NCBI RefSeq assembly: GCF_018977255.1
Contig: NW_024704742.1
Span: 124,188,001-124,252,000 of the forward strand
From: Callorhinchus milii
Taxonomy: Eukaryota
DNA: 64,000 nucleotides
Reading direction: 5' to 3'
Numbering within the stretch: the stretch's first letter is position 1; the number at the start of each line of letters is the position of its first letter. The position numbers and the translations under genes are program-made. Below, piece by piece: positions 1 to 13,587 of this stretch. A model generated the notes under the pieces. The model worked only from the letters and a program-made list of their open reading frames with translations. It was not told where the DNA came from and searched no databases.

Positions 1-330
1 CCGCTCGCTCACTCACTCACTCACACAGCGGGGGCCGAGCCCCGGAGCGCGAGCCGCGCCGCCGTCTGTCACTCACTCACTCACTCACTCAGCGCGAGAC
101 ACACACACACATACAGCTCTCACACCACCACCACCAACCACTGGGTCTGTGCAGGAGAGCTCCCACACCGCACACTCAAGTGAGAGTCAGTGGGGGTTGG
201 GGGTGGGGGTGTCGCCAGGCGCAACGCAACACAACCCCCTCCCCCTTGAACCGCCAACAACTTGCTGCTCTTTGCATCAACTGCTTTCTTTGCAGCTCTC
301 CCCCTCTCTCCTCTCTTTTGCATCTTCCTT
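1..330 (-). promoter_or_regulatory. CpG/GC-rich region with (TCAC)n and (CA)n repeats; probable promoter/5' region of a gene running leftwards out of the window (SNX18 by synteny)
   Basis: Dense CpGs at 1-230 in an otherwise CpG-poor window. In human, SNX18 lies downstream of HSPB3 on the same strand, which maps to this edge. No SNX18 coding sequence is visible, so the identity is inference only. Confidence 0.4.
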
Positions 331-1794
331 ATACTACTTCTTCTCCTCCTCCATTCCTTCCCCTCTTCTGCGACTCTCAAGCTTTTCATCGCATAGCCCA
401 CCCCCCCCTCGTTAGACACCTCACACTCCTCCTTTCCTTTGCATTTATTTCTCTCCCTCTCACATATGATTTGGTGATTGAATGAGACTCCTGTCCAAAC
501 AGGAACTTTTGCACCTGGTGTCATTGGAAATTCTTAATATCCTAACTGATCTTGGTGGGGGTTTTTTTTTGTGGGGAGGGTGGGTGGGACGAGTGAATAT
601 TTTTAGTTGCAAAAAAGAGATATTTATTAAAAAAAAACTCTTGCACCTTTGCTTTCGACCGCACCGTTGACAGGGCGTTGCTCTGTGAATGAAATCATTC
701 CATTCCAGGTGCCCCGAGGGAACCACGCGAAGCAACTTCGTGAGAGCGGAATAATAAGTGTGGCATTTAACACCCAAGGCTAACACTTGATGTTATATAG
801 GATATCAAAAATGCAAATGCAAGGATTATTATTAAAACGTGCTTGTGACTGGTCAGACCACGAGCAGTCAGTTCACCTTCTTGGCTATTGCAATTGATCC
901 CAATGATTAGCGAGAATAACAATTCGACCTGAACTACTTTGCAACTCTGGATAGTTGAGAAAAAACAGCTGTAACCCCAGTAACTCACTGGCAGGAGCCA
1001 GTTTCCTTTCCATAAACAACTGAATAAATAGACTGTTTTTTGTCCTGTGCGCCAGACTCACTGATCTGATGAATAAATAATAAGGGAGACTTGATGGGGA
1101 CCAGTGCGATGTGATTTATATCTCTCCGATGCGTTAACTCGACAGGAAAGAAGTCACTAGTGAATTATAATTAGCACAACAAAGTGGGATATAGGTTGTA
1201 TCCCATGGCTCAATGTGTGTTATTTTTATACGATATGTGTTATTAATATACTATATGTTCGTTAAATGATTTAAGTGATACAAGTTGGATATGTTTTCAT
1301 TTTAGATGGAGCCAATTTTGATTTGGAAATGTCAGAATCATTTCCTTGACAAGATTGTGAAACTTTTTTTTCTCCAGTGCTCACTGTTGACAATTGTTGT
1401 CATCTCTAAAAAATCTAAATAAATACGTGTGGTACAAATATATTCTTTACGTTTTCCTTGCTTTTCCATCAAGTATTGAATGCCTGCATCCATTTTTGAG
1501 ATAACTCAGCAATGTGATAAGGCGCTATATTAAATGCAAGGATTATTCTTATTTGTCTCTCAAACTGAACTGGTGGCCTTTCAAGCATACTGTAATTCTG
1601 AAACTAGCAAACACACACATGACACACACAAGCACACATTCCTTCACTATATTCCATTCCACAACTGCCTGCCAACGGAAGATTTCTTACCACACAATGC
1701 CTAGAAGATGGGGCCTGAATGCAGTCAGAGTAACTAAAAATCCCTCAAATCTTTAAAAATGATCTTTATTAGATAAATAAAGTAGTGGGTGGAT

Positions 1795-2020
1795 TTATAG
1801 ACAAGCACAGCAGCCAATTTGTGCACAACAATGTTCCACAAACAGTTGTGAAGTGAATGACCAATATTTTATCGGGAAAACTCATTTCTCATTTTGCATG
1901 TGATCTTTAACAACCACCCAAACAGACAGACAGGACCTCAATTTAACATTTCATCCAAAGGATGGCACCTTCATCAATGCAGTGCCTCTCGAATGTCAAC
2001 TTAGACTACGAGCTCAAAAT
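1795..2020 (-). mobile_element. Old Deu-domain tRNA SINE fragment (SacSINE1-like)
   Basis: Reverse complement resembles the copies at 16541 and 23305, e.g. cctcaatttaacatttcatccaaaggatggcacc and gcagccaatttgtgcacaac. Confidence 0.6.
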
Positions 2021-4679
2021 GGGACCAAGTGACTTTCATTAAGTCTTTTGCTGCTTTCATTAAATGAGAAAGTAATTCCTGAAAGTTAGGTCTTTAAAGG
2101 TCCTGTGGGTTTGTCTCAGTGGTGAAAAAACAATTCTGGAATTGTTGCACCTTTCAGCCAGAAGCACTGGCACATTGCATATAAATCACATCCCAAGATT
2201 CTCATATCCTAAAAACTTGAATTTGAGTGGTGATATATATTGGATTTTACAAAACTAGGTGATATACATTGGATTTTACAATATTGTACTATTATAAGGA
2301 CTCAGGAGTGGAAAAAGAAAATAGGGCTTAGCTCTGTTTAAAACAGTTTAGATGTGTTACTCTTCCTGTTTATTAAATATTTGTTTTTATTAATGTGCTT
2401 CTTGCTCATCCCTCTCTAAACACATAATTTCCTGTTATTGGAAACAATTCCAATGGTTTAAAAGCACCCAAATGAAAGGTTGTATGCAGCAATATAGCTA
2501 TCTGCATTTTTTTAAATGCGATGTTCCAGTCAATCTGATTAAGTAATACATACAAGCAATTAAAGATGTGTGCACACAAGTTTCTTCAGACTAAATTGGT
2601 TTACACACCACATGCCTAGAAGCTACAACTCAGAGCTATTACTCATTGGGTGGAACATTCATTAATCCAATCAAGTATGTCTCTCACTAATTATGACTGC
2701 TATCACTGTCAGACAAACATTGGAATGAATGTCAGTCCCTTATTTTAATTTTAACATGAAAGAGTGTCAGAAAATGCTGTGGCTGTTCAAGGAGACAATA
2801 ATACTGCTCCATCCTGCAGTTGATCTTGAAATAAGAAAAACAACATGGGGTATTCGACAAGGTTTAGCCACTCTCATCCCTGAATAGTCAATACAGCCTA
2901 TACAATTGGTCACAGAAAGCACTGCTCTGAACTTGAATAAATTATTTGAATTACAAATACTATCACTTGAGTATCCTTCAATCATTATTCTAAAAACTTA
3001 TTAAATTCTCTCATTTAATCAAAAAATGTTCAAAGATAAATGCTTGTCCATTTCTTGTTTTTGAAGTTTAATTCTAGCTCTTCAGTTCTTAGAAGAACTT
3101 ATTGAAAACCAACTTCAAATTAAGGGCGTATTTAAGAATTTTCCAAATTCTGCATACTCTAAAATACTATGCAGGGTAAATGTAGACCATGGCAGAATTT
3201 CATCCCATACATATTTGGGAAGTCTGTTGTTCATAAAACATATACCAGTCACATTGAACGATGCTCTGAAGATATGAGAGCGCGATTTAAAAATTAAACA
3301 AGAGATTGTCTGGGAATGGTATGAGTATTTACTGATCACAACAAATCAACAATTAGAAGAGTTTATAATTGCTGCCTATTCTCAATTTCAAAACACTTAA
3401 ATGGATTTATTAAAAAAAACACTTTCAAGATATAGACTTGAATAGATCATTTCTATTCCAGCGGAAACTCACGAATAAGGTCAGCAAATGGGCTGAGAAA
3501 TTTTGACCATATCAGTGGGTTGACCTCACTAGTGAATGGAGACTTTAATAACGATCCAAAACAGCACAAACAGTATTTGTTTTATTGCCATCATGTCCAT
3601 GCCATCATATGTCCTCTACATTGGCACTTCAAGAATCTATCATAACATCTTACAAACAAGAGGTTTCACATAAAAAAAAGTCTCAAAGTGTTTTTTTTCT
3701 CATGGCCTTGAAGGAGGCAACTCATACTCTATCTGATTATTTAACACTGACATTCCTCCATTACCTCTTACAATAGGATTTCCTGTTAGGATCACTTGTG
3801 GGCCTGTGATGCCTAATCCAATTTGATTTGCCATTCTAATCATGTGTTTCAAAAAGTACAACGCATAACTCTGATCTATTTACCGAGTTAGGAGCAACAG
3901 TTATATCTGCTCATCGATAACCACATGCCTGGGATGCGAGGTGACCATCTAAATGAGTTTGTTTTATTTGCCCACAAAATATGCAGTCAATTCACAATTT
4001 TTTGAAATGCTTTGAGACGTCTCAAAGAAGTGATAAGGCGCTATATCAACTGCAAGGATTATTATTATTATTAATGTTGAATTGAAAAACACACCAAACA
4101 ACTGACCATATTAGCGAGTTCTCCACATTAGTTGGGTGACTTTAAGATGAGTTGCCACTGTAATTTGCAACAATGTGATAATAGGGTATTTAGTTCATCA
4201 CTTCAATTTGATAGCTAAGAATTGTAGATGAAGCAGTTCAATCTACATGCACGCATGCAGAAAATGTGTAACATGAGTATGAGGTTGAATTAGATAACAA
4301 TGATACATTATAGTCAATGTGGTGAACAAAAAGCAAATAGAATATTTCTTTATGCAGTTAGAGCAATCTACAGAAATTAAAATGTGTTGATCAAACCACA
4401 TCTGCAATTCTGTTGCCTGTTTATAAGCTACCAGAATGAAATGTTCTTCCCATCGTTGAGAAACTTGCACATTAGTTTGATAGTTGTTTGAATCAACTGT
4501 ATAGCAGAATGATCAATGATTGATGCAGACCTTCCACTAAGCCTTCGGAAGTTAATGAAGCAATGGGAGTGAGTGGGGATCAGACTCCAGGGGGATGAGA
4601 GCTGGAGGTGGGGGGGGGGGGCGTGGGGGGTGCCCCTCTCCACACATTTGTCAGCTCCACACTTGAATTCTACAAAGCT

Positions 4680-6052
4680 TTTCAAGCAGATCTTCCAAGC
4701 TCAACTCTCCAGATTTTCCAGAACTCAACAACCTGTCTGTATCTATTCCCAAATCACATTCTGCAGGCCCACCACCTTCATCCTCACAAACAATGTCCTC
4801 TCTATCTGTGTCTCTATCTCTGCTTCCTCATCTTCCTGGATTTCTCTGCCGTGTTCGACACAGTCGACCACCCCATCCTCCTCTGCCGCCTCTCCTCCTT
4901 CATCCACCTTAGTGGGATCACACTCGCATGGTTTGAGTCCTACTGAACCAACTGCTTCCAGTTCATCTTAACAAATGATTTCTCCTCCTGCCCCCACCCA
5001 GTCACCTGCGGGGTATACCAGGGTTCCATCCTTGGGCCTCTTCTTTTCCTTATTTATATGCTCCCACTGGGCGATGTCATCCGCAGGCACGGGGTAAACC
5101 TCCACTTGTATGTGGATGACACTCAAATCTACTTTGCTTCCTCCAGTACCAACTCCAGGTCCGACGATGTGCATCAGCTTGTCTGGCAGATATCAGGACC
5201 TGGATGAGTGCAAGCTTCCTGTAGCTGAATGTGGACAAGACGGAAGCCATACTTTTTGGCTCTTGTCAACGTCTTCACTCCTGAGGATCTGAATTCCTCA
5301 ACCTCCCTGGGCTCTCACTCACACTCACCAAATCAGTGCGCAATCTAGGCATCTGGCTCGACCCCCAGCTATCCTTCCTTCCTCACATTTAGTCCCTGGC
5401 CAGGACTGCCTTCTTCCACCTCCGCCACTTTGCCTGCCTCCGACCGTACCTTACCCCAAATGCAGCCAAAACCCTCATGTATGCATTTGTCACCTCCCAC
5501 CTGAATTACTCAAACGCACTCCTCGCCGGGCTCCGCAGCTCCACTCTTCACGAGATCCAGCGCATTCAGAACTCTGTCGCCCGCATATTGACTTGGACTA
5601 AACTCCGTAACCACATCTCACCAGTTCTGGCCAGACTCCACCAAACGGATCGATTTCAAGATCCTCACACTCATTTTCAAATCCCTTCACTCTCTAGCAC
5701 CTCCATACCTTGCCGACCTCCTCACTCCCCAATCCACCACTCGGTGCCTCCGCTTGACTGGCACTAGTCTCCTGCTCATTGCTCGCACCCTCCACCCCAC
5801 CATTGGAGGTCGCGCTTTCAGCCACTATGCCCTGAAACTCTGGAACACTCTCTCTCAATCCCTCTGCCTTGCCCCACCTCTCTCCCCTTTTTCAAGTCCC
5901 GCCTGAAAACCTTCCTCTTTGACTGTGCTTACGGCCACCTCATCCCTCCTCCCGGCTCGAGGCAGGTTCCACCACTGTTAAACTCTCTCAGATTCTACCC
6001 TGTGTGGAGGGCACTATATAAGTGCATGCAAGTTGTTGTTGTTATTGTTGTT
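4680..6052 (+). mobile_element. L2-clade LINE, 5'-truncated and decayed (RT region plus 3' end)
   Basis: Frameshifted RT motifs ([24 protein letters not shown] at ~5108, AFVTSHLNYSNALLAGL) and a 3' tail ending gcactatataagt...(GTT)n. Confidence 0.9.
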
Positions 6053-7479
6053 GGCTCCATTTTCCTTAGTGGATTGACTTCAGAATTATCATACCAACTC
6101 TCAAGTGGCTTGCCTTGATTCATCCTATCTCTGTGATTTCCTGCAGACCCACTCTTTCACTCACTCTCCACTCTGCTAAATCAGACCTGGTTCACGTTCC
6201 CTGGCCCTCTGCCACACCCTTGGCAGCCAAGCTTTCAGCCATTTTGCCTCTAATCTTTGAAAAACTCTCTCTAAACCATCTGCCTTGCACCCTCTCTACT
6301 TGTAAGACCTTTTTAAAAGTCTACCTCTTCTACTGTGTTTTTGGGCATATTCCACCGACCCATCCTTTAACTTCCACCCAGCCCAGGCTCCCAATCCATC
6401 TTTGTGAAATGCATTGAGATGTTTGCCTATGTGAAAGGCGCAATATATAAATACAAGTTGTTTTGTGAGAATAACTGAAGGGAAGGATGGCAGATGGTCT
6501 AACAGCAATGTTTAACAGTACAAGAGACTACCCTTTTTATTTTCGACTGGCTTCTAATTTTTTTATTTTTAACTAGCTTCTAAGAACTGACTATTCAGGA
6601 GTACAGATGGTTTGCAAATCACACCTATTATTGATATTAGAGCAAATATGCAGTTATCTATCACTTCCACCACAGTGTGAATGTTTAACATCCCCAGATG
6701 CTGCACAAATGCTGCACAAATTCTGACACAAGCCCAAACATTTGTGAAGATCAGCTTTTTCTTTGACTGCAAATATCTCATAACTAATCTCTACCCTCAC
6801 ACTTACAGGGGAATGTAGGCTTATGCAGGACCAGAAAAGACCTTGTGGCCCATCTAACCATCGCTAAAAATGATGACACCATGACCAAAAATTATGTTGA
6901 ACTGATGATGATTAATTTACTGAATTTTGGAGAACATAACTATACTGCGTTTGCAACTGTTGCAACAGCCACATTTTTAAATTTTAATTATGAAGTTAAA
7001 CCTACACTTAGGAGAGTGTTGAACCGGAGTAGACAGGAGAGAAATGGAAGTGAGAAAGAGATGCAACAAGATTATGTGAAATGAAAGCACTGCTGACAAA
7101 TTATTGTTTTGTGAGCAACTGTGGTGAGTGAATGCAACATGAAGTGAATGCTTTTTGACTGAAGGTGCACAAGAATTAGAAAAGGAACAGGAATGATTTT
7201 GAAATAAAATCTTTCTTAATTCTGTCAGTACTGGTATATTCTTTGTGACAAAAAGCAGGAAATAAATCTTGCATTTGATGCAACACCTTTTCAGATCGTC
7301 CAAATATTCTGGAGGACTATAAATAATAAATAATAATCCTTGCATTTGCCTTATCTAGACATCTCAAAGTGTTTCACAGAATATACTGTAGAGTGAATTT
7401 ACTGTATATGTTGTGGGTGAAAGAATAATAGGAACAGATTATTGGAATAAGTAGAAACTGTTTACATGCAGGTCAATGC

Positions 7480-7715
7480 AAAAGCCAATTTGCACACAAC
7501 AATGTCCCACAAACAGCCAGGACTTGAAATATCAATTTTATCTGGCAGTCTGGACACTAGGAGAAATTCCCTTCTTTTTTTGAATAGTGCCTTGGGATCT
7601 TTGACGTCTATCTGTAATCTCAATGTATCATCTCATCCAAAAGACAGCACCTCTGACAATGCAACACAACCCAGACCTGCATTGGGGGGTCAGGTTAGAC
7701 TGTGATCTCAAAGTC
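7480..7715 (-). mobile_element. Deu-domain SINE fragment, next to a SINE 3' tail at ~7325-7420
   Basis: catccaaaagacagcacctctgacaatgca and gaatagtgccttgggatcttt match other Deu-type copies in reverse. Confidence 0.6.
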
Positions 7716-8486
7716 TCAAATTACAGTATATAGGCATTATATTGGAATGTAAGCACTATAATGGGATGGGAGGCATACTGAAAAGTAATTTTTTAAAGGT
7801 TCTGAGTCATTTGATAGAGAAGAGTTAAAAGGTATACTTAAAATCCCTGAGGTATTCACTTTATGATATTATTTAATGGTGTGTGATTGGCTTCCAGCTG
7901 GAATTCTGTCTATTATTTTTTGATGCATAGTTTGGCACCCTGGTGCCTGCAAGTCTCTGCTTCGTAGTATAACTCAGTGGTAGATATTTTTAAGATAAAT
8001 CATCAAAGTATCAAGCAAAACACTGAGAGGAAATGATAGAAAAGTCTGTATTTTATTGAAAGGGTTTTAAAGTTGCTACAAATTCTGAAGAGAGATTGGA
8101 ATTTATGAAAGAGCAAAGTAAATATTCTGTATTGCTTGTATTTAATGAAAAGACACAATTAAGTGGGAAATTATACTACTTTACAAAGTGCAATGATTCT
8201 CAATCCACAACACTGGTATATTAAGAAGTAAAAATATTTTTTAAACAAATATATTTATTAGTATAAAAATATGTTTTACTTTCCTCATGAAAAAACCACA
8301 CGCGCAACAGAAAAAAGAAGACGCAAAACTGCTTCAACACTGTTACAATCCACAAAGGCCTCGTCTTTTTGTTTTTTTCAAACAAATATACTAATTATTG
8401 TGTGAAAAATACATTCCATTTGTCTCATGAAAAAAAACACACCCGTGCAGTAAAAAAGAAAAAACGTAAACGCTTTAACCCCATTA

Positions 8487-8845
8487 TGTGGAGGCCTGTA
8501 GCTTAGTGGTTAGAGCACTCGCCTTGCAAGTGAGAGGACCTGGGTTTGCTTCTCGGCAGGGCGAAACATTGGGCAAGTTTCCTTGCTCCACACACTTCTG
8601 TTTAGCTAGCAATAAGTAGGAACACAGTTGTTAGTCAATTGAAGTTAATGTTTCCTTCAAAATAAATTAAAATAATTTGGTCATTCAATCCATGACTGTT
8701 TGTGGGACACTGCTGTGAGCAATTGGCAACCACGCTTTGACCACAGTCAATATACAGTCAATTCACTTTATAGTATATTCTGCGAAGCGCTTTGAGACAT
8801 TGCAAAAAAGTGATAAGGCGCTATATCAAATGCAAGGGTTATTGT
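8487..8845 (+). mobile_element. tRNA-derived SINE with L2-type tail (long variant)
   Basis: Head tgtggaggcctgtagcttagtggttagagcactcgccttgcaag, body gactgtttgtgggacactgctgtg, tail gtgataaggcgctatatcaaatgcaagg. Confidence 0.85.
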
Positions 8846-9638
8846 TAATGATTGTTATTACAAACAGCACCATTTCCTTGCAGCAGGCTCCTATTTTTTC
8901 AAACTCCCCTCAAGTGGAGGGACAAGGACCTCCTCACTCCTGTGTTCTGCTGCCTTTCTCTGGTATATTAAATAATTTATTTTATTCTGTGCTACTCCAA
9001 CCATAAACCCATCTTTCTGGTTGCCTTCCAGGATCCTTTCCTGCTTCTACTTCATTGATTCTTTCTTAATTGCCTTTTAACTTCTTAAAGCAACACACAA
9101 CACAAAATCTAGGGATTAAACCAAGTTCTGTAAATTTCTTAGCTACTCTTGAAAATCAGTTGCCTTTTCTTCCGTGTGTGGCTGATGGTTCAATTGTTTA
9201 TCTTCATGTCATCTGGTGATGCATTTCTGAGACAGGTGTGCCTGTATTTCTAGAATGTGACTGATTATGTGCTAATGTAAATTACCAGCAGAAAAAGTTA
9301 TATGGAGGTAAGAGTTCATGAGAGAAGGAACAAGGTGGAATGGAGTCATGATAATAAATTTGCAAGCAATAAATTAAATGTAGCAACAATATTCCTGAGT
9401 AAAGAGCACCAAGCCTTTAAGCCACCAGCATCTGAACGATGTCCAAAGTATGCATTTCATTTCTGTGCTGTACATATATATATGGTGGCATTACAATCAC
9501 AACGTGCATTTGTATAGCACCCTCCAAACAGGGTAGGTTCTCAGAGCGCTTAAATATCAGGAATTCTGAGAATTCTGAGAAACTTAATGTTCAATGTTCA
9601 AAGCAGAAAAAAAGGAACCAATCGCAATTTGAGATCTA

Positions 9639-10064
9639 CAGTAAACTCTGGATAACTCCAAGGGAAAAGAGCTCAGTGACCAGTTATTCAGAATGGTAGG
9701 TTATGCATAGTTCCTCCAGGGCCATAAGTGGGCACTGTGACTGGTGCGGGCGCTGGCAGAGGTTAGGCACGCAGGCTCCGATGCATTGCAAAGGCCTCTG
9801 GTCTATTAGAAGGCTGAGCCATGGAACTCCCTCCCTATATTATCACAGGATAGGGTGGGAGGCCTGTGTGATGCAAGATGCCATCTTACATGACAAGTTA
9901 TTCAATCAGTTTGACATTGTAAGGATTGTACTTACAAGAATTTCTAGAATGCAACTGGTTACGTGTTAAGCAAAGTTCCTAATGCACTTTGCATGGGAAG
10001 AGGCCAGGATATTGACAACATAAGTGCTAGTGACAAATTAAGCCTTGTTATTAGGAGTTTACTG
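9639..10064. mobile_element. Non-autonomous DNA transposon (MITE) of Tc1/mariner-pogo type
   Basis: TA at 9637-38 and 10065-66. Terminal inverted repeats CAGTAAACTCTGGATAAC (9639-9656) and GTTATTAGGAGTTTACTG (10047-10064) match at 15/18. A homologous copy lies at ~30250-31034. Confidence 0.8.
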
Positions 10065-10084
10065 TATTTAATACATTATTTTTT

Positions 10085-10635
10085 ACTGTTTTTCCTTCTC
10101 TAATCTTTCTTTCCTATCTTGAATCATCGACTCTTGCTAGTTTCATTGGTCCATTGGTGCCAGACACCCTCTTGTAACTTACCCAAGTAGTCTTTCTTCT
10201 TGTGGGAGCATGAAAAGTAAGTGTTAGCATGTCTTTCGGCTACAGGAAAGGCAAATTCAGAAAAAGGCATGACAGCACAGCTAACTTCTGGACAAGCGCA
10301 CTGTCCAACAAGAGTTATATAGATTATAGATCAGCAGTAGGAATCCTAGTTGACATTAAATCCTTAAAATGGTGTGCTGAGACCAATTGCAGGACCTCTG
10401 ATGCTACCCCAGCTGAAATAAGATTATCAGCACAGAGCAGGTATCGACTCTAATCCCATCACCCAGCTCGGGTGCCCAGCCGATAATGTGAAATAATTTG
10501 AGATGTCCTCCCAATGTGAAAGGCACTACAGTGTATAAGTGTACATTGTATTGTATCAAACCTGAGACCTTTTACATCTGTTTATCTCAAATTCTCTCTA
10601 GGAAATGGTTTTACCAACTTAGCCATTAGGGAAAA
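10085..10635 (-). mobile_element. Ancient SINE relic, LF-SINE-like, interrupted by a short L2-type tail (~10450-10555)
   Basis: Reverse strand reads ...ctaatggctaagttggtaaa...aaggtctcaggtttga...ctctgtgctga...tcagctggggtagca...caattggtctcagcacc. The family name rests on a recalled consensus. Confidence 0.5.
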
Positions 10636-11810
10636 CCGAGCTTTCTTTTCCAAGTATATTATTTTAATGTAACATGCATGTTTTTAAATTATTACTTTTA
10701 TTTGTAGGTAGAACAGAATGTGGAAACATCTGTGTGTTTCTGCATGTACTCTGCAAAATCTTATCTGGAAATTTATTTCCTGTTATACATTCCAGGTTTA
10801 ATTTGTGTTATAATTTAAGATGCAGAGGAAGTAACTGAGCGATGCTCACAAAATCATTTTTGCAAAAGTTATAAATCATTTGAAAACTGCAAGGAAACTT
10901 CAGTACTTGATGCATTCATTTATAATAGGCATGGTGAAGCACATTTCCTCCAAGAACAATTATTCTCTTCAGGATTCGTTTTTCTTCCATCCTAATTTAT
11001 TGTTTGGCAACAATTGCTTTGTCTGAGGTATTCTCCTGTTAACATATGGTTATGTACTGAGGAATCAATTTCCAAGATTTACAACTCTGCAAAAGCGTTT
11101 ACTACATCTTATGTTGCTACAAGTGCCTCTTGCAGAGCTGCTGTGACCTCTGAGTCAGGATATTTGTGGGCTCAGATTCATGTAACAAAATTAGAATGGG
11201 AATAAGGAGCACATATAGAACAGCTCAGTCATGCACAGTACTGATTGGAAAAGATCATTGAGCCCATCAGTCAGTCAGGATAGCATTAAAAACTGCTGCG
11301 TCTATTAATAGAGGAATGCAAATTAAAACTGATGTTTTGTTTTACTGAATAAGGCACTGGTTAGACATCACCCCCACCCCCATTCATGTGATGTGCAGTA
11401 TGATTATCTTGCCATAAGAAATATATTATTATCATTGAAACAGTGCAGTATAAGATGCCACCAGGTAGGTGTCAGGGATTGACTAATGCCCTATCTATGT
11501 TGCTGGAAGTGATTGATTTGAAATTGGTTCCACTGGTAAAGTGTTTCATACTGAGCTTCCATCAGTAAAGTAGTGAAAGTTATTTATATATCCTGTTCTA
11601 CAATCATAGTCATCAGGGACTGTATATGGAGAGCTCTTTGTTTTTAAAGCTATCTTTTAAAGAACTATCTTTTGAAGAAAATCAGCTTCCAAATTAAGAC
11701 TCAAATTAAGGATTTTCCAAAATTCCGCACAATCACATTTTGGCAGGTTCAAGTTTCCAATTTGTTCAGAATATAAATTTTAAAAATCCTTCCATTTGGT
11801 ACAGTCGGTA

Positions 11811-12050
11811 TAATAATAATAATAGTCTTTGCATTTGATATTGTGCCTTATCACATCTTCGAGAAGTCTCAACTCACTTCACAGAACATACTGTGAGTGA
11901 ATTGATCGTATATTTTATGGGCAAAACACAGCAGCCAGTTGCGCACAGGAATGTCCCACAAACAGTCGTGGATCGAGTCACCACATCTTTTTTAAGGAAT
12001 TATTACCCTCCAGAAAAGTGATCCACCAATCGACTAACAATCGGATTCCA
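11811..12050 (-). mobile_element. SINE body and tail (long variant, head missing)
   Basis: (TAA)n followed by ttgcatttgata...gcagccagttgcgcacag...cccacaaacagtcgtgga...aatcgactaacaa. Confidence 0.8.
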
Positions 12051-12305
12051 CACGGTCTCAAAGCACTTCACAGATAATTAGTTTCAAGTCCAGTGACTAG
12101 TTTTTACAGACAAACTTGGAAGCCATTTTAAGACTGAAATCCTACAGAAATGAAGTGAATTATGAATAAATCTGGAGAATTGCTGGCAAGTTTACCAGGA
12201 GAAATTCCCTTTTCTTTTCAAATACTGTAGGGTACAGAAATCTTTAATATCCAACTCTAGAGGCAGATGGAAACTCAGTTTAATGTTTAATCTGAAGGAA
12301 GTATT

Positions 12306-12603
12306 CTAATAATAATAATAATCATTATCATCATCATCATTGCATTTGATATAGCGCTTTTCACATCTTCTAGATGTCTCAAATCGCTTCATAGAATATG
12401 CTGTAAAGTGAATTGACTGTATATTTGTGGGCGAAATGCAGCAGACAATTGCGCACAGCAGTGTCCCACAAACAGTCGTGGATTGAAAATGACCAATTTA
12501 TTATTATTTTGTTTTTGGAGGGATTATTATTAGGCGTGTGGAGTAAGGAAACTTGCCCAAGGTTTCGCCCTGCCTGGAATTGAACCCCGGTGTCTCACTT
12601 GCA
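12306..12603 (-). mobile_element. tRNA-derived SINE with L2-type tail (short variant)
   Basis: Near-complete reverse complement of the copy at 17250-17577. Confidence 0.9.
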
Positions 12604-12829
12604 TGATGTAAATTGTATCTGTAATGTAATCTTCAGTTTATCCCAATTTCCTCAAGCCCTGTTTTGTGCAGATAAGGCAATATGGCCAAACAGGAAGCAG
12701 CATGAATCATTGAATTAAATGCTGACAAAATGTGGTAATAATCTGAATAATTTAAAATGACAGCAAGAGAAACAATGATCCACAGCAATGACTTGAAATA
12801 CTAGGACCAACAAGAACAATAATAAATTA

Positions 12830-13587
12830 AGCAATATAAGATGATGGTACAATCTTAAAGGGGGTGAAGAGACAGAGAGACCTGAGGGTTCATATAAGTA
12901 AATCTTTGAAGGTGGCAGGACAGGTAGATAAAGCTGTTAAAAAAGCACACGGGATACTAGGCTTTATAAATAAGGACATAGAATACAAAAGTCAGGAAGT
13001 TATGATGAACCTTTATAAAACACTGGTTAGGCCTCAGCTAGAGACTGTGTTCAGTTCTGGGCACCACACTTTAGGAAGGATGTCAAGGCATTCGAGAGGG
13101 TGCAAAGGGGATTTACTAGGATGGTACCAGGAATGAGGGACTTCAGTTATCAGGAGAGGCGAGAGAAGCGAGGATTATTCTCCTTGGAGCAGAGAAGGTT
13201 AAGAGGAGACTTAATAGAAGTTTTCAAAATGATGAGGGGATTCGATAGGGTAAATAATAAGAAACTATTTCCACTGGCGGGTGGATCGGTAACCCGAAGA
13301 CACCGATTTAAAATAGTTGTTAAAAGAAACAGAGTGGAGGTGAGGAGAATTTTTTTNACACAGCGAGTCGTTTGGATCTGGAATGCATTGCCTGAACGGG
13401 TGGTGGAAGCCGAATCCATAACAGCTTTTAAGAGAGAAGTAGATAATTATTTGGGGAGGACAAGTTTGCAAGGCCATGGGGAGAGCGGGGGAGTGGGATT
13501 GATTTAGATAGCTCTTTTCAAAGAGCCAACATAGACACGATGGTCGAACGGCCTCCTTCTATGCTGCATAATTCTATGATTCTATGA
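12830..13587 (+). mobile_element. CR1-clade LINE 3' fragment
   Basis: ORF2 C-terminal motifs KKAHGILGFINKDIEYKSQEVMMNLYKTLVRPQLE and LFSLEQRRLRGDLIEVFK, ending in the CR1 terminal octamer (ATTCTATG)2. Confidence 0.93.

Noticed and set aside
120..786. ORFs at the left edge as SNX18 coding sequence
   Set aside because: No SH3, PX or BAR similarity. The translations are low-complexity.
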